A program made the position numbers and the translations under genes. Below the pieces are notes generated by a model that saw nothing but the letters and a program-made list of their open reading frames with translations, was not told the origin of the DNA and did not search any database. Source: a virus (Duplodnaviria; Caudoviricetes). Taken from it: a DNA stretch of 27,227 nt. The stretch covers positions 1 through 27,227 of the IMG/VR virus record IMGVR_UViG_3300042366_000883; one strand, written 5' to 3'. Positions 15,901 through 23,846 of this stretch are shown one piece after another (the stretch's first letter is position 1; each line of letters starts with the position of its first letter).

Positions 15901-16132
15901 GGGGGAAACCTTCAGCCAATGGGCTGTAAAAACAGCTAATAATATGCTCAGTGACAGGTATCGGCTTGTTCACTTGGCACTTGACATGAAGGCTCCATAC
16001 CATACCGTGAGGAGGTTCGTCGCAGGGGAGAACGTTGCCCTTGAGATTGTGGATAAGTTTATTAAGTTATATTTGTCTCATGTATACGCTACTCACCCTC
16101 ATCCCCATAGCATGGTGGCTAACAGAATTTGA
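15872..16132 (+). CDS. Small Cro/XRE-like helix-turn-helix protein
   Basis: LVHLALDMKAPYHTVRRFVAG resembles an HTH motif. Confidence 0.45.
   Translation: MKSLTIYLSEGETFSQWAVKTANNMLSDRYRLVHLALDMKAPYHTVRRFVAGENVALEIVDKFIKLYLSHVYATHPHPHSMVANRI
16047..16075 (+). promoter_or_regulatory. Host-type promoter for the sigma-factor operon
   Basis: TTG (16047-16049)-N18-TATATTTG (16068-16075), 4 nt before ATG 16080. Confidence 0.55.
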
Positions 16133-16307
16133 GCCTCTCCAAGCAACTATTGACCGCATCCCTATGTCATCATGGCTAAGGGATGCCTTCAGTTGTTTGA
16201 AGTGCGTCTCTTTTTGGCTTACCCTTATTGTTTCATTTGATTTCATCTTATCATGTCAGGCAGCTCTATTGGCTTACCTATTGAACAGAGTGATTGCGAG
16301 GTTGTAG
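16080..16307 (+). CDS. Small membrane protein with CxxC motif (DUF1360-like)
   Basis: Hydrophobic segments flanking FSCLKCVSFW; start re-called to 16080. Confidence 0.6.
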   Translation: MYTLLTLIPIAWWLTEFEPLQATIDRIPMSSWLRDAFSCLKCVSFWLTLIVSFDFILSCQAALLAYLLNRVIARL

Positions 16308-16504
16308 ATAGAGTGCTATCTCTGCCTGAGTCACTGAGATACTCTAAGCATTCGCTTAATGAGCTGTTGAAAGTTCGTATCAAATATGAGGGTAAGCAAC
16401 CTCAGGAGTGCTTCTGTGCTTCTGTACGGAGGAAGGTATGGTTTAAAGAGTTCACTATTTGGTATGAAGAGTATCTTAGACAGGTTGGTTACGCAGCAGT
16501 ATGA
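16253..16504 (+). CDS. Small hypothetical protein with CxC motif
   Basis: ECFCASVRR motif; start uncertain. Confidence 0.5.
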   Translation: MSGSSIGLPIEQSDCEVVDRVLSLPESLRYSKHSLNELLKVRIKYEGKQPQECFCASVRRKVWFKEFTIWYEEYLRQVGYAAV

Positions 16505-16988
16505 GGAGCTTGAAGCTTACACGAATTACCTACTCTCACGGATGGGCAGTCAGTTAGACCCATCAACTGTGATCTCCAACAGTTATCTGCACTGTGTTAA
16601 GATAGAATGTAGTGACCAGGATACCATGAAGAGCTATATGCTCAACACGATCAAGAAGCAAATCATGTGGTCAGGCTCTCAGAGTAATAGAGAGGAGTCA
16701 GTTAATAGCTCTGATGAGGTAGTCAATGAGATAGATGATACTACTGATCTTGACTCAAAGATTGAACAGGAGAAGGTATACAACCGGAATAAAGCCTACA
16801 TCGAGATATATCGGTCCAGGTGTGAGGATAGGGTTAGTCAGATAGTGCTGAGTGCCTACGTTGATAAGGGATACAACACAGCGAGAGCCATGGCTAAGTA
16901 CTTTGACATCCCTGTTACCTCAGCTCACTACATGATTTCGGATATTAAACAAAAACTCCGTGAAATACAATATAAGTATGACAATTAG
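16464..16988 (+). CDS. Phage-encoded ECF/sigma70-like factor (putative late sigma)
   Basis: 174 aa; region 2-like YEELEAY...DPSTVISNSYL...SYMLNTIK and region 4 HTH TARAMAKYFDIPVTSAHYMISDIKQKLR; sits at the early/late boundary. Confidence 0.6.
   Translation: MKSILDRLVTQQYEELEAYTNYLLSRMGSQLDPSTVISNSYLHCVKIECSDQDTMKSYMLNTIKKQIMWSGSQSNREESVNSSDEVVNEIDDTTDLDSKIEQEKVYNRNKAYIEIYRSRCEDRVSQIVLSAYVDKGYNTARAMAKYFDIPVTSAHYMISDIKQKLREIQYKYDN
16948..16977 (+). promoter_or_regulatory. Putative phage late promoter, copy 3 (inside the sigma gene 3' end)
   Basis: AACA(16948-16951)-N15-ACAATATAAGT then ATG 16978. Confidence 0.7.
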
Positions 16989-17157
16989 CCAATTCATAGC
17001 CTCATGCTGTAGCCTGTTAGGTATCTTTACAGGCATTTCACTGCTATTCCATAACTATGATATAGCATCGTACACTGCAGGAGGGTGGATAATTGGGTAT
17101 TATACGTTTCTAATTACATCAGAATATGAGCAAAAAGAAAATAACTCCGAAAATTAA
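16978..17157 (+). CDS. Small two-TM membrane protein
   Basis: Two hydrophobic segments; start re-called to 16978 from the promoter motif. Confidence 0.6.
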   Translation: MTISQFIASCCSLLGIFTGISLLFHNYDIASYTAGGWIIGYYTFLITSEYEQKENNSEN

Positions 17158-17311
17158 CCCTGAATACCTTGGTAAAACCATTGAAATAACAGGACCTAAC
17201 AGCACCACAAAGCTTGAAGTGACTGAGGCATTGGCCAAACAGTACGCTTTCTACACTGCAATTGGTTTGGGTCATCTATTCATTATTGAGGATGCCAAGA
17301 CCGAGGATTAA
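17126..17311 (+). CDS. Hypothetical protein
   Basis: 61-aa ORF overlapping both neighbours; KINPEYLGK...GLGHLF. Confidence 0.6.
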   Translation: MSKKKITPKINPEYLGKTIEITGPNSTTKLEVTEALAKQYAFYTAIGLGHLFIIEDAKTED

Positions 17312-17759
17312 CGAGACGGCTGAGCAGTACATCTCACGGTGTATGGCTGACCCCGAGACCCAAGAGAAGTATCCGGACCAGGCACAACGCTATGCTGTGT
17401 GTGGTAGTATGTATGATACACCGCTTGGGAATTATAAAAATGTATTTGCTCAGTCCTATGATGACTATCCCAAGGCAGCCTCAGAGAATGCTAAGATAGC
17501 ACTCAAGTGGGCTGAAGAGAATGGATGGGGGTCTTGTGGAACGGCCGTGGGCAAAGCTCGTGCAAACCAACTCAGCAAGGGTCTGCCCCTAACGGAGTCA
17601 ACGATTGCACGCATGGCAGGGTTTGCAAGGCACCGGCAAAACTCACAGCGTGAGCTCGGTGATGGATGCGGTAGGCTCATGTGGTTAGCCTGGGGAGGTG
17701 ATGAAGGTATTGAATGGGCACAACGTAAACTAAAACAGATTAGAGGTGGCAAAGCATAA
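17292..17759 (+). CDS. Conserved phage protein (head-morphogenesis-associated domains)
   Basis: MPRP..NE...YISRCM...QRYAVC module plus SYDDYP..A..NA..AL.W.E.NGWGSCGT.VGK.RANQL...AWGG..G..WA module; start re-called to 17292. Confidence 0.6.
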   Translation: MPRPRINETAEQYISRCMADPETQEKYPDQAQRYAVCGSMYDTPLGNYKNVFAQSYDDYPKAASENAKIALKWAEENGWGSCGTAVGKARANQLSKGLPLTESTIARMAGFARHRQNSQRELGDGCGRLMWLAWGGDEGIEWAQRKLKQIRGGKA

Positions 17760-18171
17760 GTACATAGAAACCCCTGAGGATCTACAGAGAATGTGGGATG
17801 ACTATAAGGCTCAGTTGCCTGTAGATATGTTACCTGTGCTTTCGACTAAGACAGGTGAAGTAATGTATCTGCCTACTCAAAAACCTCCTACAAGATGGGG
17901 ATTTGAGGCTTTTGTATGGTCTAAATATGGTCATGGAGTAAAGCAGTATTTAGATAACCAGGATAAAGCATATAATGAGTATCTGGGAGTCGTTACGTAC
18001 ATAAAGAATGATTGGACCGATGAGCACGTTACCGGTACCATGACTGGGAAATACAAAGCACCCAACCTGACAGCACGGGTGACAGGAGTCAATGATAATG
18101 TGGATGTCACTACCAATGGTCAGGCGGTCAATGACATCAAGGTCACGATCATAACACCAGATAGTGAGTGA
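17746..18171 (+). CDS. terS: Terminase small subunit (P22 gp3-like)
   Basis: KYIETPE.L...W..Y, P.T..GF and DVTTNG motifs; upstream of terL. Confidence 0.75.
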   Translation: MAKHKYIETPEDLQRMWDDYKAQLPVDMLPVLSTKTGEVMYLPTQKPPTRWGFEAFVWSKYGHGVKQYLDNQDKAYNEYLGVVTYIKNDWTDEHVTGTMTGKYKAPNLTARVTGVNDNVDVTTNGQAVNDIKVTIITPDSE

Positions 18172-18370
18172 TCAGATTGACTACATGGCATCGGTGGTAG
18201 AGGACCACATCCTGAAGACAACAGGTGAGAAGGTACGCATCAACAGGAGGCTTGTAGCAATAGATGGGAGGCAGTTGGTCATGCTGTACAATGCCTACCA
18301 AAAGATAGTAAATGGAGCTGAAGAGCACGATAATATTTCAAAAGAACCATCAAGCCCTCCAGGGTCCTGA
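18164..18370 (+). CDS. Hypothetical protein between terS and terL
   Basis: 68-aa ORF overlapping both terminase genes. Confidence 0.5.
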   Translation: MSDQIDYMASVVEDHILKTTGEKVRINRRLVAIDGRQLVMLYNAYQKIVNGAEEHDNISKEPSSPPGS

Positions 18371-19460
18371 GAGGTTCATAGTTAACGAGGGAGGGAGTAG
18401 GAGTTCAAAGACCTACAGCCTGTGTCAGTTGGTGATAGTGTACTGCCTGCAGAACAAGGGCAAGGTAGTATCTATTATTCGTAAGACTTTCCCTGCTTTA
18501 CGAGCAACAGTATTAAGAGACTTTACGGAGATACTCAAAGACCTCGGTATATACTCACTCGAAGCCCACAACAAGTCTGAGCAGATATACACCTTCCCGA
18601 ATGGGTCAATGGTGGAGTTCTTCAGTGTGGACGATGAACAGAAGATCAGAGGACGGAAGCGTGACATTGCCTGGTGTAACGAAGCCAATGAGCTGTACTT
18701 CGATGACTTCACTCAGCTCAACATGAGGACAGAGCACAAGCTGATATTTGACTACAACCCATCAGACAACAGCTCGTGGCTGTATGAGCTACCTCCTGAT
18801 GATACGGTGCTGATACGTTCAACCTACAAGGATAACCCATTCCTACCTCAGTCCATCCGGAACCAAATTGAGGACCTCAAGAGAACGGATGAGGCACTGT
18901 ATCAGATCTATGCCTTAGGGCAGAAGGCAGTGAGTAAGAGTAACATATACTCCAACTGGACCTTCATGACTCATAGGCCTGCAAGGTTCACCTCCTACGT
19001 ATACGGCCTTGACTTTGGGTACAATCACCCCACCGCACTCATGAGGGTGTACTGGCATGAGAGGGACATCTTCATTGAGCCTGTCATCTATGAGAGCTAC
19101 CTGACCACCACCATGCTGATTGAAAAGATGGGACAGCTCAACATTGAGAAGGAGGTCACTATCCTGGCTGACTATGCACGTCCGGAGATCATTGCCGAGA
19201 TGGTCAATAGTGGGTATGATGTCATCAACGCTAACAAGGTGGTCAAGAAAGGCATTGACTACGTCAAGACCTTCGGGGTGTATTGTCAAGATAGCAAAGA
19301 GATAAAGAGGGAGTACGACAACTACAAGTGGAAGAAGATAGGTGACCACATCACGGATGAGCCTGTCAAGCTATTCGATGATGCCATGGATGCCGTGAGG
19401 TATGCAGTTACCTACATCAAAGATGAGTACTTCACTGACAGTGCTTACGTGAGCTTCTAA
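18312..19460 (+). CDS. terL: Terminase large subunit (PBSX/Terminase_3 family)
   Basis: Walker A EGGSRSSKT, Walker B WCNEA, DYNP, STYKDNPFL; nuclease motifs GLDFGY and DDAMDAVRY. Confidence 0.92.
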   Translation: MELKSTIIFQKNHQALQGPERFIVNEGGSRSSKTYSLCQLVIVYCLQNKGKVVSIIRKTFPALRATVLRDFTEILKDLGIYSLEAHNKSEQIYTFPNGSMVEFFSVDDEQKIRGRKRDIAWCNEANELYFDDFTQLNMRTEHKLIFDYNPSDNSSWLYELPPDDTVLIRSTYKDNPFLPQSIRNQIEDLKRTDEALYQIYALGQKAVSKSNIYSNWTFMTHRPARFTSYVYGLDFGYNHPTALMRVYWHERDIFIEPVIYESYLTTTMLIEKMGQLNIEKEVTILADYARPEIIAEMVNSGYDVINANKVVKKGIDYVKTFGVYCQDSKEIKREYDNYKWKKIGDHITDEPVKLFDDAMDAVRYAVTYIKDEYFTDSAYVSF

Positions 19461-19489
19461 ACAGATGAGAACATTAAGACAATATAAGT
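19460..19489 (+). promoter_or_regulatory. Putative phage late promoter, copy 4
   Basis: AACA(19460-19463)-N15-ACAATATAAGT then ATG 19490. Confidence 0.7.
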
Positions 19490-20971
19490 ATGGCAGTATC
19501 TCTAATCGCTAAACCCTACACCCTCACCCCTGCATATAATGAGGTGAAGTTCATTCATGACTCCACCAACAAGAATCTGCAGGGCTTCAAGTATATCTAT
19601 GACATCTATGAGAGCGGTACCGCTAACAAAATAGCTGAGTACCGGGTGCTACCTGTGTACAGCACTGGCTATGGTGAGGTTGACCTATCGAAGCTGTTGC
19701 AGTCCTATGTGAGCTATGACTTGAATCTGACCAACACAACGGTCTACAACGCAACGAACAGTCACTACAAGTATGATGTGAAGGTAGGTGAGGAGTATCT
19801 GACTACCACCACCTACACTGCTGCACTCACTCAGTACCTGGTAGCTCCCTACGTTGGAAGGGTACAGATCAACGTGGCTAATACCTTCGCTGTGGGTGAT
19901 CAGATTAACATTACGCAGATAGGTGTCGGTGTAACCAACCCGAGCATGGAGGGGCTATTCACTGTGGTGGTAGCTAACCCTGCATTCATTGTGGTCAATG
20001 TACTATGGTCCACCATTGTGAACCCTAACAAGGATGGAGCAATCACCTATGCAGATGGAAGGAGAACAGTGACCAGAGACCTACACCTTGACCTCAACCA
20101 GTATGTGTTCAATGGTGCCATCCGTTGGGTTGATATGCCTGCATATAATTGGCAGGACTTCATGTTGAACAACGTAACAGATAAGCTACTGACCAACCAA
20201 CCTGAAGGCACTACACGACTACCATACTTCAACGCTACACTGTCTCAGGATGTATGGCTCAACGCTGTAGCCAATGGTAGCCCAGGAGGTGCTGACTTCA
20301 TGTATTTCTTTAATGACTCGGCTGAGATATTCCGTAAGTCAGTCAACGCTGTGGACCATGTGAGTGGTATCTCTGTAGGTCCTAACAACCATGGTACCCT
20401 CATTCCTGTGGTGGGGACACTGCCACTGATTAAGCCTACCACTGAATACTATTATGTGTTTTACTTCAGAGGGGGTCAGGTGTCACGGCCTTACTACATC
20501 GGCATAGATAGGAGAGTGAGAGACATTGAGTACAGTATCCTATTCCTTGACCGTATGGGATCATGGAGCAGCTTCGCCTTCACTGGTAGATCCTATGAGA
20601 AAGGCAACATCACACGCACACAGTACAATCAGAATGTGGAGGGTTATATTGCTACCGGTCCTCGATGGACCTACAACACACAGGATAGAGGCTTCCTCAA
20701 CACCCACATCACAACAGATACCACCATCGACCTCAACACTAACTGGATGACTGAGCAGATGGCTGAGTACTTCGTGGAGCTGATTAGCTCACCTGAGACG
20801 TACATCAAGATGGCTGACTACAGCAACTCCTGTGATGCACCCATCAGCACTGAGTATGTGAGCTGTAATATAGTGACCTCAAGCTATGAGGTTTATCAAA
20901 AACGAAATAAGAATTTAATTAAGCAGAGCATCACTGTGAAGCTCGCTAACAACAACATAGTGAATGGTTAG
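19490..20971 (+). CDS. Minor tail structural protein (distal-tail-like)
   Basis: 493 aa; FLDRMGSWSSFAF, LNTNW and ELISSPE.Y motifs; directly before the large tail-tip protein. Confidence 0.6.
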   Translation: MAVSLIAKPYTLTPAYNEVKFIHDSTNKNLQGFKYIYDIYESGTANKIAEYRVLPVYSTGYGEVDLSKLLQSYVSYDLNLTNTTVYNATNSHYKYDVKVGEEYLTTTTYTAALTQYLVAPYVGRVQINVANTFAVGDQINITQIGVGVTNPSMEGLFTVVVANPAFIVVNVLWSTIVNPNKDGAITYADGRRTVTRDLHLDLNQYVFNGAIRWVDMPAYNWQDFMLNNVTDKLLTNQPEGTTRLPYFNATLSQDVWLNAVANGSPGGADFMYFFNDSAEIFRKSVNAVDHVSGISVGPNNHGTLIPVVGTLPLIKPTTEYYYVFYFRGGQVSRPYYIGIDRRVRDIEYSILFLDRMGSWSSFAFTGRSYEKGNITRTQYNQNVEGYIATGPRWTYNTQDRGFLNTHITTDTTIDLNTNWMTEQMAEYFVELISSPETYIKMADYSNSCDAPISTEYVSCNIVTSSYEVYQKRNKNLIKQSITVKLANNNIVNG

Positions 20972-23846
20972 GATACAACTACCTACAGGCTACCTTGATG
21001 TGAAGGAGGGCACTGCCTTCCCTTTGAACTTCCAGGTAGGGGACATCAGAGATATATCACAGCGGAAGGGTAACTTCTCTAAGACCATCAAGCTCATTGG
21101 TAGCAAGAATAATAACAAGCTACTCAATCAGTACTATGATGTGAACATCCAGGCAGGCACCTTCAACATCAACACCTTGACTACCTGCTCTGTTATTCAG
21201 GATGGTATCCCCATCATGGAAAACGTATCCATGCAGTTGACCAACGTAGTGAAGGTACAGGATACCTCAGGCTATGAGGAGAGCGTTGAGTATGAGGTAC
21301 TGGTCAAGGATAGTAAGGCTGATTTCTTCACGGCCATTGGTAACCTTGAGCTAACGGATATAGACTTCAGTGACCTCAACCATACGTATGATGCATTCAA
21401 TGTGGTCAACAGGTTTACCAATACGGTGGCCAATGGCTTCAAGTATTTCCTCCCTGGTAGTGGTGATGCATTCTACAGCACCAATGAATTCAAGCCTGCC
21501 ATCTTTGCGAAGACCTACATGGATCGTATATTTAGCAATGCAGGATTTCAATATAACTGGTCAGGGCTAACTGCTGCGAGATTTGATAAGCTGATCATCC
21601 CATACAATGGAGACATTGATAACTTTGATTATAATGACTACATGGTCAAGGCTGAGAAGACCATACCCTTCACCTTGACAGGTAACACATCGGTACCTGG
21701 ATACAGTAACATACCATTCCTACCGGGTGCCCCCATCAATGCATGGACTGAGACGGAGGACCCTCAGAATATTTATAACCCATTGACAGGTGTATACACC
21801 ACTCCATTCAACATCAGCAGTAACAACGCACAGGAGTACACCTACACGGTACAGATTAGATATAGGCTTGACATCATCAACCCAACGGGTGCAACGTTGT
21901 ACAGTGCTAAGCCTCTCAATGCAGGACTACAAACACCTAACCCTGCACACTATGCTCCTGTGGTATTGGTCCAAGGGCAGTATCCTGGAGGCTTAGCTAC
22001 AAGCTTCCAACCTCTGTACACTAACCCCAACCCATTGAGCCCTGCCGTAGCAGGAGCAGTGCAGTGTCCTCTGACTATAGCACCAGGTACCACTACGGTA
22101 TTGAGTCAGACTGTAAAGGTAACATTGCCATTGTCAGGACCAAACGTACCACAGCTCACAGCAGGTAGGCTGTACTTCTACGTAGGCAATCCATTCTATA
22201 TACCTCCAGGGCAATCAGCAACAGGTACAGCATGGAGGGTGGGAAGTGTTAACGGTGCACCTGCCAACGGTGTGAGGGTTGATATGGTTATTGACTCAGT
22301 GTACTTGACCATTGTGCCTAACAATAACATCGTAGCCATTGGTGGTACCTTGGAGGTCAATGACTACATCCCGAAAAAGATTAAGCAAAGTGACTTTGTT
22401 AAGGGTGTGTTCAATATGTTCAACCTATATGCCGAGGTGGACAAGGTACAGCCTAACCTCATCAACCTAATCCATCGTGATGACTACTACGACTCAGGTG
22501 CCGAGGTAGACTGGACCTACAAGTTAGCCAAGAATGAAGAGCAGGAGCTGTCATTCCTACCTGAACTCACAAGCAAGAAGCTAATCCTCACCTATGCACC
22601 GGATAAGGATAGCCCTAATGAGACGTACACCAATGCGACCAACCAAATCTATGGGCAGGCTGAGGTGGTATTTGACAATGAATACGTGAAGGAGGTAACG
22701 ACTAAGCCTGTGCTATTCGGTCCTACACCAGTAATACGCACCCCATTCAACGCATACGTGCCAATGATTAGCGGAGCTGCACCCAAGACTAACCTACGCA
22801 TCCTGTATGATAGCGGTGTTATGAAGTCATGCAATGCTTACAACATCTATGATTATGGTGTGGTAGGTCAGGCAGGATTAGTGACCTATCCTTATGTTGG
22901 CCACTTTGATGACCCACTGCTACCTACCTTTGACATTAACTTTGCGACCTGTGCCTTCTACTATTACAACCCTCAGAGCCTAACAGAGAACAACCTCTAC
23001 AATCGATACTGGAGGAGGACCATGGGGCAGATAAACAACGGTAAGATGTTGACTGCTATGTTCAATCTAACTGAGAGCGACATCCAAAAGATGAAGCTCA
23101 ATGATAAGATACGCATCGATAACAGTTGGTGGAACATCAATAAGGTCATTGACTATAATGCCAATGCCAATGCCCTAACTAAGGTAGAGCTCATCAGCAT
23201 TGATACTGAGATTGACTTCATGCCATTCGTACCTGGTTTCAATGAGCCCGGTATTGGACTGCCGAACGTTGGCCCTATTCAACAGGTAGGTAACAACACA
23301 GTGATTAAGCAGAAAAGTGCCTATGCTAACGTAACAGGTGAGGGAGGTATGCAGGGTGAGATCATTGGCAAAGGTAACGTAGTGCCTCCAGGCTTTAAGA
23401 CCATGATAGTAGGCAACTGCTATGAGCAGACAACTAATGCACCTTTTCTACCTACATCCAACGGCATCGTGGTGGACAACCTTGTGGTGCGTAACAGCTA
23501 CAACGGAGTGCCTGTTGACAACACACCACTGAGATACACAGCCAACCTAACACAGGCAGGTATAGCTGACCCTACCGCATACATCATGGAGGGTAGTTTA
23601 GGTACCATCACATGGGTGAGGATAGCACAGGGGCAGTACTGGGGATACCTTGACCAGTATGATCCACTGACTCCACTTACTGAGCTATCTGTTATGATTA
23701 GCAGTAACATCTTTGATGGGTTGATCACTGCACAATACCTACCTGCCAACCAGGTGATAGAGGTATTCACCACACAGATAGGGGTAGGCTTAGTCGACGG
23801 CTACCTGAATAGTACAACAATAATGATTTATTACTTCCCACAATAA
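20964..23846 (+). CDS. Large tail tip / baseplate hub protein
   Basis: 960 aa; LNFQVGDIRDI..R.GNFSKT N-terminus, IKQSDF.K....MFNL, NLYNRYW and NKVIDYN motifs. Confidence 0.65.
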   Translation: MVRIQLPTGYLDVKEGTAFPLNFQVGDIRDISQRKGNFSKTIKLIGSKNNNKLLNQYYDVNIQAGTFNINTLTTCSVIQDGIPIMENVSMQLTNVVKVQDTSGYEESVEYEVLVKDSKADFFTAIGNLELTDIDFSDLNHTYDAFNVVNRFTNTVANGFKYFLPGSGDAFYSTNEFKPAIFAKTYMDRIFSNAGFQYNWSGLTAARFDKLIIPYNGDIDNFDYNDYMVKAEKTIPFTLTGNTSVPGYSNIPFLPGAPINAWTETEDPQNIYNPLTGVYTTPFNISSNNAQEYTYTVQIRYRLDIINPTGATLYSAKPLNAGLQTPNPAHYAPVVLVQGQYPGGLATSFQPLYTNPNPLSPAVAGAVQCPLTIAPGTTTVLSQTVKVTLPLSGPNVPQLTAGRLYFYVGNPFYIPPGQSATGTAWRVGSVNGAPANGVRVDMVIDSVYLTIVPNNNIVAIGGTLEVNDYIPKKIKQSDFVKGVFNMFNLYAEVDKVQPNLINLIHRDDYYDSGAEVDWTYKLAKNEEQELSFLPELTSKKLILTYAPDKDSPNETYTNATNQIYGQAEVVFDNEYVKEVTTKPVLFGPTPVIRTPFNAYVPMISGAAPKTNLRILYDSGVMKSCNAYNIYDYGVVGQAGLVTYPYVGHFDDPLLPTFDINFATCAFYYYNPQSLTENNLYNRYWRRTMGQINNGKMLTAMFNLTESDIQKMKLNDKIRIDNSWWNINKVIDYNANANALTKVELISIDTEIDFMPFVPGFNEPGIGLPNVGPIQQVGNNTVIKQKSAYANVTGEGGMQGEIIGKGNVVPPGFKTMIVGNCYEQTTNAPFLPTSNGIVVDNLVVRNSYNGVPVDNTPLRYTANLTQAGIADPTAYIMEGSLGTITWVRIAQGQYWGYLDQYDPLTPLTELSVMISSNIFDGLITAQYLPANQVIEVFTTQIGVGLVDGYLNSTTIMIYYFPQ

